From: Bdellovibrionales bacterium
GTDB lineage: Bacteria > Bdellovibrionota > Bdellovibrionia > Bdellovibrionales > UBA1609
Reading direction: 5' to 3'
Assembly: GCA_965205945.1 (NCBI GenBank)
Contig: CBDBIB010000003.1
Coordinates: 640,394-704,393 of the forward strand
Length of the DNA stretch: 64,000 nucleotides
Shown: in pieces, positions 40,841-50,150 of the stretch
Position numbering within the stretch: the first letter of the stretch is position 1
How the letters are laid out: the number at the start of each line of letters is the position of its first letter
Position numbers and translations under genes: made by a program
Notes under the pieces: model-generated
Seen by the model: the letters and a program-made list of their open reading frames with translations, nothing else
What the model was told of the DNA's origin: nothing
Database searches by the model: none

Positions 40841-43462
40841 TTAAGATAAAAGACTTATAACTGTTGAGTTTAGGTTTTTAATCGATTCAACGGTTCCTTG
40901 TGCAAAATCAGGTTTTCCGCCACCTTTACCACCGAGCTTTATGGTGAGCTCTTTTAAAAAAATCCCAGCACTAAAATCTTTAAAATCTTTTGTTTTAGAT
41001 ACAAGAATAGGAAAGCCTTTGTTTGTTTTTTCGGCTGTAAAAATACAGACTCCAGGTTTTTTCATCTGGCCCCTTGCTTTGTCTGCAGCAATTTTTAAAT
41101 CATTTCTACTAAAATTTTTAAGATGTGAAATACAAATCTTAATCTCTCCAAATTTAGAGTCTATACTTTCAAACTGAGAGGGGGCAGCTAAGGCTTTAGA
41201 TTTAATTTTTTTATTTAAAGTTTTAATTTCTTCAGTTAATTTAGATACTTGTGTTATAAGATCTTTACTTGAGGAGTTTTTATTAAAACCTAAATAAAGT
41301 GCAACCTCTTCAAAATCAGAAGTTTTTTGATTTAGGTATGAAAAGGCTTTAGCCCCTGTAACAGCTTCGATTCTTCTAATTCCTGAGCTTATTCCAGACT
41401 CAGTTTTAATTTTAAAGCTACCTATGTCTTGAGTATTAGAAACATGTGTTCCTCCACAAAGCTCTTTTGAGAGGTCACCCATGGTAAGAACTCTTACTTT
41501 AGAACTATACTTTTCCCCAAAAAGTGCTTGAGCTCCAGCTTTTTTAGCCTCATCAATATTCATAAGTTCTGTTTGAACAGGGTTAGCTTTTTTAATTTCT
41601 TTATTAACTAGTCGCTCAATTTCTTTTAAGTTATCTTTAGAAATAGGGCCCTTGTGGGAGAAATCAAATCTTAGCTTATTCTCATTAACTAGTGACCCTG
41701 CTTGCTGCACGTTATCTCCACAAACTTTAACTAAGGCAGCATGTAGTAGATGAGTTGCAGAGTGGTTTTGTTGGGTTTGATATCTTAGAGTTTCATCAAC
41801 TAAAAGAGAAATTTTATCACCATTTTTAAAGCTTCCATTAATTATTTTACAAAGGTGGACAAAAAGATGATCAAGCTTTTTAACATCTAAAACCTTAGCA
41901 ATATTTTTTTCACAAGTTATTCTCCCTCTGTCTCCAACTTGCCCACCGCCCTCAGCATAAAAAGGGGTAGTATTAGAAATTAAATAAAAATCTTTAAAGC
42001 TACTAGTGTTGATTTCGCCTTCACAGGTTGTATGCATTTGAAGAATGGTTCCTTTATCAGAGGTGTTTTTATAACCTGTAAACTTAGTAGGCTTTAAATT
42101 CTTTAAAGAGATTTTAATACTTTTAGGAAAATCAAATAAGAGGGTTTCTTTTTTACTTATAGATTTTGCTTGATTTTTTGCAGAGAGTAACTTTTCTTTA
42201 AAGCCTTTTTCATCAAGATTATAGCCTTTCTCAGTTAAAATGATTTTTGTTAAATCAATAGGAAATCCAAAAGTATCGTAGAGTTTAAAAGCGCTTTCTG
42301 CAGATAAAGTTTTTAACCCTTTTAAATTTAAGAGTTCTTTTTCTAAAAGCCTTTCCCCTTTATTAAGAGTATTTAAGAATTTGGTTTCTTCTTCAGTTAC
42401 GGTTTTTAAAATTATTTGAGAACGCTCGTTTAGTTCAGGGTAGAATTTACTCATTTGTGCAATCACTTTTTCACAAAGTAGGGGTAAGATTGGGGTGTTA
42501 GAAAGTTTATTATTAAAGCGGACTGCGCGTCTAAGAATACGTCTAAGAACATAACCACGGCCTTCATTGTTTGGTAAAATACCGTCAGCAATTAAAAAAG
42601 AAACAGCTCTTGCATGATCAGCTAGGACTCTTAAAGCAGCTCTACTAGAAGATCTTTTTGGATCATCTAAATCATAAGGAGTTTGTAAGAGTTTTGAAGC
42701 TCTTTGAATAATAGGTAGAAATAAATCTGTTTCATAGTTACTGGTTTTATTTTGTATCACCATAGAAATACGCTCTAAACCCATTCCTGTATCAATTGAT
42801 GGTTTTGGTAAGAGTTTTTGTCCGTCTTCATTTTCATGAAATTGCATAAAAACAAGATTCCAGATTTCAATAAAACGATCACCGCTTCCACCAACTACGT
42901 CCTTAAGTCTAGATCCCATTTTAGGTCCAAAGTCATAAAAGATCTCAGAACATGGTCCACAGGGGCCAACATTTCCCATTCGCCAGAAATTGTCTTCCTC
43001 TCCAAAAGTAGAATAATGGTTTTTTGATATTCCTATTTTTTTAAGCCATATTTTTTCAGTTTCATGGTCAGTTTTAAAGCCTGTGATGTAGAGTTTTTTA
43101 GGGTCAAGGCAAAGCTCTTTTGTTAAAAAATTCCATGCATAATCAATAGCGCTTTCTTTAAAATAATCTCCAAAAGAAAAATTTCCAAGCATTTCAAAAA
43201 AAGTGTGATGCCTGGCTGTAAATCCCACATTGTCTAAGTCATTGTGCTTACCGCCAGCACGAATACATTTTTGACAAGTCGTTGCACGTGGAGTTCTTGG
43301 AGTTTGAGTGCCAAGGAAAATAGGTTTAAATTGATTCATTCCAGCATTGCTAAACATAATTGTTGGATCATTGTGAGGAATTAAAGAAGAGGAAGGAAGA
43401 ATGAGATGGTCATTTTTCCTAAAGTAATTTAAAAAAGAAGACCTAATGTCTGAACTTTTCAT
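40841..43462 (-). CDS. alaS: Alanine--tRNA ligase
   Basis: NAGMNQFK, HHTFFEMLGNFSFGDYFK, DTGMGLER, HSATHLLH, ELCGGTH and GGGKPDFAQG. Confidence 0.98.
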   Translation of the reverse strand: MKSSDIRSSFLNYFRKNDHLILPSSSLIPHNDPTIMFSNAGMNQFKPIFLGTQTPRTPRATTCQKCIRAGGKHNDLDNVGFTARHHTFFEMLGNFSFGDYFKESAIDYAWNFLTKELCLDPKKLYITGFKTDHETEKIWLKKIGISKNHYSTFGEEDNFWRMGNVGPCGPCSEIFYDFGPKMGSRLKDVVGGSGDRFIEIWNLVFMQFHENEDGQKLLPKPSIDTGMGLERISMVIQNKTSNYETDLFLPIIQRASKLLQTPYDLDDPKRSSSRAALRVLADHARAVSFLIADGILPNNEGRGYVLRRILRRAVRFNNKLSNTPILPLLCEKVIAQMSKFYPELNERSQIILKTVTEEETKFLNTLNKGERLLEKELLNLKGLKTLSAESAFKLYDTFGFPIDLTKIILTEKGYNLDEKGFKEKLLSAKNQAKSISKKETLLFDFPKSIKISLKNLKPTKFTGYKNTSDKGTILQMHTTCEGEINTSSFKDFYLISNTTPFYAEGGGQVGDRGRITCEKNIAKVLDVKKLDHLFVHLCKIINGSFKNGDKISLLVDETLRYQTQQNHSATHLLHAALVKVCGDNVQQAGSLVNENKLRFDFSHKGPISKDNLKEIERLVNKEIKKANPVQTELMNIDEAKKAGAQALFGEKYSSKVRVLTMGDLSKELCGGTHVSNTQDIGSFKIKTESGISSGIRRIEAVTGAKAFSYLNQKTSDFEEVALYLGFNKNSSSKDLITQVSKLTEEIKTLNKKIKSKALAAPSQFESIDSKFGEIKICISHLKNFSRNDLKIAADKARGQMKKPGVCIFTAEKTNKGFPILVSKTKDFKDFSAGIFLKELTIKLGGKGGGKPDFAQGTVESIKNLNSTVISLLS

Positions 43463-43700
43463 ATTCCGTCCTTCAGGGGTGGGGGTGTTTTTTTAGTTCT
43501 TAAAAAAAAGATCCTTTATGGTAATATTAAAAGCAACGTATTTATTGTTTATTATGCCAAATTTTTTACAAAGATGATAGGTTGTTTTATGCTTTGTACC
43601 TTTTTTTATGGTCTTTAAGATTTTGAGGCGGTGAGTCTTGGTGACTTATAAGAGGCCTTTTCCTTTACTTTAGACTCTAACTAAAAGATATATTTAAAAT

Positions 43701-44168
43701 ATGCACAACAAAATTTGGCCAGAAGGTATAGCAACTTTATTCGGTGTGGGGCGTATAGGCAAAGCTCCTGGTACAATGGGGAGTCTTGTAGCCTTTCCTG
43801 TAATTTTTTTTATGAGTTATTTATCTCCCTTTTTATATATGGGTTTAGCAGTAGCATTAATTTTTTTATCTATAGTAGCAGCGGATAAATACGGTAAGGG
43901 CAGGGATTTAAAAGAAATTGTTGCCGATGAATTTACAGGCCTTATGGTGACCTTGTTCATGATCCCTCATAAGTGGTCGCTTTGGATATTAGGTTTTTTG
44001 CTTTTTCGCTTTTTTGATATTTTAAAGCCTTTTCCAATTTCTTATTTGGATAAGAATGTTAAAGGTGGTTTTGGGGTAGTTTTAGATGATTTGGTTGCGG
44101 GTCTGGCTGCTAATGCTTGTATTCACTTTATTTGGATTGTTTATGTGGATGCTTATGTTTCTTTTTAA
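43701..44168 (+). CDS. pgpA: Phosphatidylglycerophosphatase A
   Basis: APGTMGS, EIVADE, FRFFDILKPFPI and GVVLDDLVAG. Confidence 0.93.
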   Translation: MHNKIWPEGIATLFGVGRIGKAPGTMGSLVAFPVIFFMSYLSPFLYMGLAVALIFLSIVAADKYGKGRDLKEIVADEFTGLMVTLFMIPHKWSLWILGFLLFRFFDILKPFPISYLDKNVKGGFGVVLDDLVAGLAANACIHFIWIVYVDAYVSF

Positions 44169-44340
44169 CTTATTACCTCTATAGACTTAAACTTAGTGTT
44201 AAAGAAAGGTTAAAATAAAAGGAAAATAACTTTATATTAAGGGTATTAAAATAAGTCTTAAGCTTTGTTGTGTTGCTAAAGTATGGGGGAGTGTAGTTAA
44301 AAGTAAATAGAGTTAGCATTAATTTTTAAGTGGAGACAAA

Positions 44341-44820
44341 ATGTTAAAAGAAGAAATCTTTAATTATTTTAAAAAACATAATAAAACTTTATCTTTAGTA
44401 GAAAGCTGTACTGGAGGAGGGCTTTGTCAAGATTTTGTGCTTATTCCTGGAGCTTCAAAAGTTTTACGGGGTAGTTTGGTGGCGTACCAGGATTTTAGTA
44501 AAAACAAATGTCTCAAAATAGATCAAAAATTAATCAATGAGCAAACCTCGGTTAGTGCTTCTGTGGCATTAGAAATGGCTAAAAAGGGAGCTCTTTTTTT
44601 TCAAAGTGATGTAAGCTTATCAACGACGGGCTGGGTTGGGCCGGGAGGTGGAAATAGTGCTGATCCAGTGGGCACGATTTATTTTGCAGTGTGTGGTAAA
44701 GGCATTGAACTTGTTGAAAGGCGGATGTTTAAAGAGTGTAATAAACGTAAGTTACTAATGGAGCGCTCAAACACTTATGCATGGCAGGTGCTAGCAAGAG
44801 CTTTAAGTATAATAAAGTAG
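44341..44820 (+). CDS. CinA C-terminal domain protein (NMN deamidase, PncC-like)
   Basis: ESCTGG, PGAS, VSASVALEMA, TG..GP.GG...PVGT; located upstream of recA. Confidence 0.88.
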   Translation: MLKEEIFNYFKKHNKTLSLVESCTGGGLCQDFVLIPGASKVLRGSLVAYQDFSKNKCLKIDQKLINEQTSVSASVALEMAKKGALFFQSDVSLSTTGWVGPGGGNSADPVGTIYFAVCGKGIELVERRMFKECNKRKLLMERSNTYAWQVLARALSIIK

Positions 44821-44870
44821 GTTAAAATAAAAACTAAAAGATTAAACACAACAATGAAAAAGAGGTTTTG

Positions 44871-45956
44871 ATGAAACAAACAACAGATATAAATAAGACT
44901 AAAGCACTAGACTTAGCGTTAACTAATATTGAAAAACAGTTTGGTAAGGGTTCTATCATGAAGATGGGTGATGGAACATTAGTACAAGAAGGTATTGAGG
45001 CGATTAGTACAGGAGCTTTAAGCCTTGATATAGCATTAGGGATTGGTGGGCTTCCAAAGGGAAGAATCATTGAAATTTATGGGCCTGAAAGTTCAGGTAA
45101 GACAACTTTAGCTTTATCAACTATTGCACAGGCTCAAAAAATTGGTGGGACAGTGGCTTTTGTTGATGCTGAACATGCTTTAGACGTTACTTATGCAGAA
45201 AAACTAGGTTGTAAAATTAATGATATGTTAGTTTCACAGCCAGACACAGGTGAACAAGCATTAGAAATTACAGAAGCTCTTGTTAGATCAGGTGCTATTG
45301 ATGTGTTGGTTATTGATTCCGTAGCAGCACTTGTTCCAAGAGCTGAAATTGAAGGGGATATGGGGGATAGCCACATGGGTCTTCAGGCTAGACTAATGTC
45401 TCAAGCTTTAAGAAAACTTGCAGGGGTTATTAATAGAAGTAATACAATGGTTATTTTTATTAATCAGTTAAGAATGAAAATTGGTGTAATGTTTGGAAAT
45501 CCAGAAACTACAACAGGTGGAAATGCTTTAAAATTTTATGCTTCAATTCGCCTTGATGTAAGAAGAATCGGAGCCATTAAAAATGGTGAAGAAGTTATTG
45601 GAAATAAAACAGCTGTAAAAGTTGTTAAAAACAAACTGTCTCCTCCCTTTGCAAGAGTTGAGTTTGATCTTATGTACGGTGAGGGTATTTCTTTAGAAGG
45701 AGATCTTATTGAACTTGCGGTTAAGAAAGATATTGTGAATAAAGCGGGTGCTTGGTATTCCTATGAAGGTGCTAAACTTGGCCAGGGTAAAGAAGCTGCA
45801 AAAGGACTGTTAAAAAAAGACACTAAACTTAGAGAAGACATTATGAAAAAAGTTAGAGTGGCTTATGGTATTGCTAAAAAAAGTGATACAGTAATTGCTC
45901 AAGGAAAAGTTTTAAAAGCGCAGACTGTTAAAAAAGAAAAAAACTTTAAAGCATAG
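44871..45956 (+). CDS. recA: Recombinase RecA
   Basis: [27 protein letters not shown] and [10 protein letters not shown]. Confidence 0.99.
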   Translation: MKQTTDINKTKALDLALTNIEKQFGKGSIMKMGDGTLVQEGIEAISTGALSLDIALGIGGLPKGRIIEIYGPESSGKTTLALSTIAQAQKIGGTVAFVDAEHALDVTYAEKLGCKINDMLVSQPDTGEQALEITEALVRSGAIDVLVIDSVAALVPRAEIEGDMGDSHMGLQARLMSQALRKLAGVINRSNTMVIFINQLRMKIGVMFGNPETTTGGNALKFYASIRLDVRRIGAIKNGEEVIGNKTAVKVVKNKLSPPFARVEFDLMYGEGISLEGDLIELAVKKDIVNKAGAWYSYEGAKLGQGKEAAKGLLKKDTKLREDIMKKVRVAYGIAKKSDTVIAQGKVLKAQTVKKEKNFKA

Positions 45957-45970
45957 CCTCTTAAGTTTTT

Positions 45971-46345
45971 ATGAAATTTTTAATAGTATTAGGATGTATT
46001 TTATTTTTTGGATGCAACACAACTCAAAACTCTTTTAAGGAAGCTTTTTTAGGCTTTGAAAAAGAAAAACTTAAATACCTTTCTTCTTTAGAGGGCGGGG
46101 CTTATAAAACACCATGCATTCATCTTCCTTTTATAGATAAAAACTTTCCTGAATTTTTAGGAAGTGTAATTAGGCTTTATGATCCGAAAGTTGATCTTGT
46201 TGGAGCATATAAAATTTCGCGTTTATTAGTAAAGCAGGAAGGAAAGGCAAGAACTCATGTTATAGATACTAGTTCTGTAAACCTTTGCAGATTAGGAGAT
46301 GAGATGGGTTATTCTTTTAAAGCTGTTAATATTGAAAAAAAATAA
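45971..46345 (+). CDS. Small putative lipoprotein
   Basis: MKFLIVLGCILFFGC lipobox-like signal. Confidence 0.55.
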   Translation: MKFLIVLGCILFFGCNTTQNSFKEAFLGFEKEKLKYLSSLEGGAYKTPCIHLPFIDKNFPEFLGSVIRLYDPKVDLVGAYKISRLLVKQEGKARTHVIDTSSVNLCRLGDEMGYSFKAVNIEKK

Positions 46346-46705
46346 ATAAAACTAAATTTTAGAACAATAAATTAAAAATAAGGCAGGGTTATTTTGTCAA
46401 CAAGCCCTTTATAAGCTGCTTTGAAAGTAAATCGTTGATTTGCTTCATAAATTTTTTAGATTTTATATAAGGTATAGAGATTATAAGGTGGTGGTTTTTT
46501 TGTAAAGATCTTGGATTAAAGCTTTAAAGTTAAAGAAGGCTTTAGTTTGATTTTTAAAAATTTTTGCAATCTTAAAATAAAAGAATCAAGGGGATATTTT
46601 CATAGGTAGGGTCATTTAGTGATTTTTTTAAAAACATCAAACCTTTAAAAGTTATCTTTTTTTTGAGTTATTGTGGTTTCAAGTTAGAATACTTTATTAT
46701 CACTA

Positions 46706-47579
46706 GGGTGTGTCCTCATAAGAGAGTCCTGAAATCAATACATTTGCCCAGTTGAATGACTTAAAATGATGGGAAAAACTCGACTTATCGAGGTATTTTG
46801 CATGGTAAGAAAAGTTTTAACAGATTCTCTATGGGAGCAGCTTGAAGTGATTTTGGTTTCACATGGCTGCAGAAGATCAAAAAATAACCGTAATGTTATG
46901 GAGGCTATCCTGTGGAAGCTTCGAACAGGTGGTCCTTGGAGGGGATGTACCTGAAAAGTTTTGTCCTTGGAAAACAGCTTACAATCGGTTTAATCGATGG
47001 GCTGCAAAGGGCTTGTGGGATAATTTTTTTTTGCTTTACAAGAAGAAGTTGATACAGAGTGGGTGTCCATCGACGGAACTTACGTACGCGCTCATCAGCA
47101 TGCTAGTGGAGCTAGGCGTGGAGAGTACCGTGCAATTGGAAGGTCTGCAGGTGGAGCCACAACAAAAATACACATGGCCTGTGATGCCCATGGAAATCCG
47201 ATTTGTTTTGAAGTCACTGGGGGTCAAGTGCACGACAGTAAAGCTGCACCCAGCTTGATTGAACAGCTAGAGGCAGAAAGTTTACTGGCAGATAAAGGCT
47301 ATGACTCTGAACAGATCAGGCAACTAGCTCGAGATAAAAATATGAAGCCAATGATACCTCAAAGAAGAAACAGTAAGAAATTAAATCCAGAACTGGATAA
47401 AGATACTTACAAGGCCAGACACCAAGTGGAGAATGTCTTTGTAAGGCTTAAACACTTTAGAAGTGTGGCGATTCGCTTTGAAAAACTCGCTAGAAACTTT
47501 AGATCGATAATATCTTTAGCGTGCACTTTTGTGTGGCTAAAACTTAACTATGCTGGTCCAGGGTTATGAGGACACGCCC
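46706..47579 (+). mobile_element. IS5-family (IS427 group) insertion sequence, ~874 bp
   Basis: 16-bp TIRs GGGTGTGTCCTCATAA / TTATGAGGACACGCCC (1 mismatch), flanked by TA on both sides; orfA (LTD..W...RTG.PWRD.P..F.PW.T.Y.RF.RW) and orfB (IDGT.VRAHQHA, ADKGYDS, R..VEN.F..LK.FR.VA.RFEK). Confidence 0.95.
46802..47569 (+). pseudogene. IS5 transposase with an extra frameshift in orfA besides the normal orfA/orfB junction
   Basis: An extra G in the GGGG run at 46941-46944 gives WRGCT* instead of WRDVP; a T9 run at 47024-47032 joins orfA to orfB in the -1 frame. Confidence 0.8.
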
Positions 47580-47633
47580 TAATAATGAATTAATTTGAGT
47601 CAATGCCCTAATAAGGAATTAATTTGAGTCAAT
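47576..47633 (+). repeat. 29-bp tandem duplication overlapping the IS right end
   Basis: GCCCTAATAATGAATTAATTTGAGTCAAT followed by GCCCTAATAAGGAATTAATTTGAGTCAAT. Confidence 0.9.
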
Positions 47634-47656
47634 TTAATTTAATTTGTATTTTTTTG

Positions 47657-47684
47657 TAAAGTTTTTTGATATTTAATCCGATGC
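47657..47684 (+). promoter_or_regulatory. Sigma28 (FliA)-like promoter
   Basis: TAAAGTTT-N12-TCCGATGC, 6 nt before ATG 47691. Confidence 0.6.
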
Positions 47685-47690
47685 TCAGTT

Positions 47691-49208
47691 ATGAGAAACT
47701 TAGAAAAAATACTGATTTTATTTGTGGGTGTTACAGCCTTATTTTTTTTAGAAATTAGCTTTGCCAAAAGTGTTGATCCACAAGCCATATTAAATGGGCA
47801 TGCACAAGATGAAGCAAAAACGACATTAGAAGAGATAGCTTTTGAGGCTTATGATGTTAAAAATTTAGAAGACCTTGAAAAAAAGATGAAGAAAATCAAG
47901 CAGGCCATGGACGACTTAATATTGGATAAGGATATTGTAAATGGGCCGCAAGGGGGGGCGACTCATCTAACGAGCTTTGAAGTTTTTTTAAATGACGCTA
48001 AGAGCTTTTATGATGAGCAAAAAGAATTATTTAAAAAGGCTGTAGGGTGTTGTGGAAACCCAGATTCTTGTAAATCTACTATTGAAGTAGTGGTAGAGGA
48101 GGCTGCGCCTTGGATTGGAGTTGCTGCTGGGCTTGGATTGGATATTCTTTCTGGTGGAGGCGCACAATGTGTTCAGAGTTTAACTCAAATTGGTCAAACC
48201 CTGGGTGGTTTTATGGGAGTTAGCAAGGCTTGTGAAATACTTCACAGTGGGGGCACTATTGAAGGGAAAACCGTTATTGGCGCAGTTAATCTTGCTAAAG
48301 GGCTTAAAGAAGTTCTTAAGGCCGCAAAGTTAAAAGATCTACCGGCAAATAGCTCAGCTGCGTTGGTAGCTAAGCAGCAAAGTTTAAAAAAAATTCAGAC
48401 AGACTTTATTCAAGACATGGACAAATCAATTAATCAAGTTTCAAATTTACTAAAAAAAGGTCAAGTGCAGGCTAAGGCTCTATCTGACAGTTTATTACAG
48501 TCAGCTGTTCCAGCAACGTCGTGTGTGCTAAAATTAGTAAGATTATTAGATGAGGATGGAACTAATACTAATACTAATTCAATTGCGGCTGTTAACTGTA
48601 TAAATTTAAATGATGTTGCAGCAAATCCTGGAATTTGTAGAGGTTATGGAGGATCAGCTTTTAATAAAGATATTGGTTTTCAAAAAATTGCAACGGCTGA
48701 TATTGGATCAGATGGGTCTCCTGGATTGTATAAGAACTCGCCCAAAGTAGATCCATTAGATCTATCAGATAAAGAAGAAAAACACACTGCTCCTTCTCCT
48801 TCTTCTTCTGGCCCAACAGCGGCTGCAAGCACATCACCAGGAGGCTTCGGTGCTGGAGGCTCTAACGGAGGCAATCAAGAAAAAACAACAGGCGGCAGCG
48901 GCAATAGAAAAACAGCTGGTAAAGAGGGTAAACTATTTAACGGTTATCGACGAAATAGGTCTGCAGGAGGATCATCATTTAATAGATTTAAAGGGTTTAA
49001 CAGCGGACTTAACATGTCAGGTAAAACTGAGGAACAAAAGAAAAATGCTTTAGTGGCTTTAGATCGATTAATTAAAGCAAGGGTTTCTCCTGATCAAGCA
49101 GGTTCTATATTTGAGAGAGTTTCAAATAGATTTAAAACATCAATAGTAAAAGAAAATTTATTTGATTGTAAGGGTAATAAAGAATCATGGATGGAAAACC
49201 TGAAATGA
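47691..49208 (+). CDS. Secreted Cys-containing, Gly/Ser-rich hypothetical protein (Bdellovibrionota-type)
   Basis: Signal peptide ending ISFA, paired Cys, hydrophobic Gly/Ala hairpin, low-complexity linker, C-terminal SIFERVSNRF. Confidence 0.7.
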   Translation: MRNLEKILILFVGVTALFFLEISFAKSVDPQAILNGHAQDEAKTTLEEIAFEAYDVKNLEDLEKKMKKIKQAMDDLILDKDIVNGPQGGATHLTSFEVFLNDAKSFYDEQKELFKKAVGCCGNPDSCKSTIEVVVEEAAPWIGVAAGLGLDILSGGGAQCVQSLTQIGQTLGGFMGVSKACEILHSGGTIEGKTVIGAVNLAKGLKEVLKAAKLKDLPANSSAALVAKQQSLKKIQTDFIQDMDKSINQVSNLLKKGQVQAKALSDSLLQSAVPATSCVLKLVRLLDEDGTNTNTNSIAAVNCINLNDVAANPGICRGYGGSAFNKDIGFQKIATADIGSDGSPGLYKNSPKVDPLDLSDKEEKHTAPSPSSSGPTAAASTSPGGFGAGGSNGGNQEKTTGGSGNRKTAGKEGKLFNGYRRNRSAGGSSFNRFKGFNSGLNMSGKTEEQKKNALVALDRLIKARVSPDQAGSIFERVSNRFKTSIVKENLFDCKGNKESWMENLK

Positions 49209-50101
49209 AAAAAGCTATTTCAATACTAATTTTAGTGCTTGGTATGAGTTTGATGGGGCCACATGCTTTATATGCAGGGGGTTCAACGGATGCTAATATT
49301 TCAAGAGCTACTAACCTTGTAGGGGCAGCGGCATCTAGTGTATATTCTGCCAAGAAATTTTCTTGCTGTAATCCTAAGGGTATATGGTGTTGTATTGAAG
49401 GTGTTTTAGGGGCTTTACAAGCTCTTGAAATGTTTCGTGGTGCAGTAAATTCAGGGAGTGTAGCAAAAGCTCTTAATAATGGTTCTTATGACGGGCTTGG
49501 TTTTGATCCTATAAAGGCAGGGTTTTGTTTTGAAGAAAAAAATGGCTGTACTTCTGATGACATAGATTCAACCTTAAAAGGTTTTAAAGAGGCTTTTAAA
49601 ACAGGTAAGGGCTATGGTGATGAGATTTTTAAAATGGAAAAAAAAGCTTTAGCACAGCTAGCTGAAATTGAGAAAAAAGGTTTTAAAATAGATAAAAAAG
49701 CTCGGACTATTACAGATCCAAAAGGTGAAGTTTTTAGTCTTGATGGAGCTCAGGGTTTAAAAATTCCTAAAAGTTTATCAAAGATAGCATCTAATAAGGT
49801 GGAAGGGGTTCAAAGTCTTTTAAATAATAAAAAAACAGGTCAAGGCAAAGCTGCAGCGTCAGCGGGTACAAGTAGCGATGGGGTTATTTTTAAAGATGAG
49901 TTTGCTCTAAACCTTGGTAATAGTGGCGCTTTAAATAATAAAAAAAGAAAGCCTTTAGGAGAAAATAAAAAGAAGTTTTTAGCAGGGCTTTTAGATAAGG
50001 ATACTAAGGGTGGAGTTGGTTTTTCTGGAGATGATATCTTTAAAATGATTCAAAGGCGTTACAGGAAAAAAATAGAAAATAAAGAATTTTTAGAAGAGTA
50101 A
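49205..50101 (+). CDS. Secreted Cys-rich hypothetical protein
   Basis: ATGA-coupled start MKKAISIL...ALYA signal peptide, CC..CC, C-terminal DIFKMIQRRY. Confidence 0.7.
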   Translation: MKKAISILILVLGMSLMGPHALYAGGSTDANISRATNLVGAAASSVYSAKKFSCCNPKGIWCCIEGVLGALQALEMFRGAVNSGSVAKALNNGSYDGLGFDPIKAGFCFEEKNGCTSDDIDSTLKGFKEAFKTGKGYGDEIFKMEKKALAQLAEIEKKGFKIDKKARTITDPKGEVFSLDGAQGLKIPKSLSKIASNKVEGVQSLLNNKKTGQGKAAASAGTSSDGVIFKDEFALNLGNSGALNNKKRKPLGENKKKFLAGLLDKDTKGGVGFSGDDIFKMIQRRYRKKIENKEFLEE

Positions 50102-50150
50102 GAAAATTAAAACTAGCAAGTGATATTTAAAACTGTTAGAATTTGTGTTA

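Noticed and set aside
43463..43700. Possible recX remnant or T-box leader upstream of alaS
   Set aside because: The open stretch has no start codon or RecX similarity, and no T-box consensus is visible.
47576..47633. CRISPR-like repeat
   Set aside because: Two directly abutting copies, no spacer and no cas genes.
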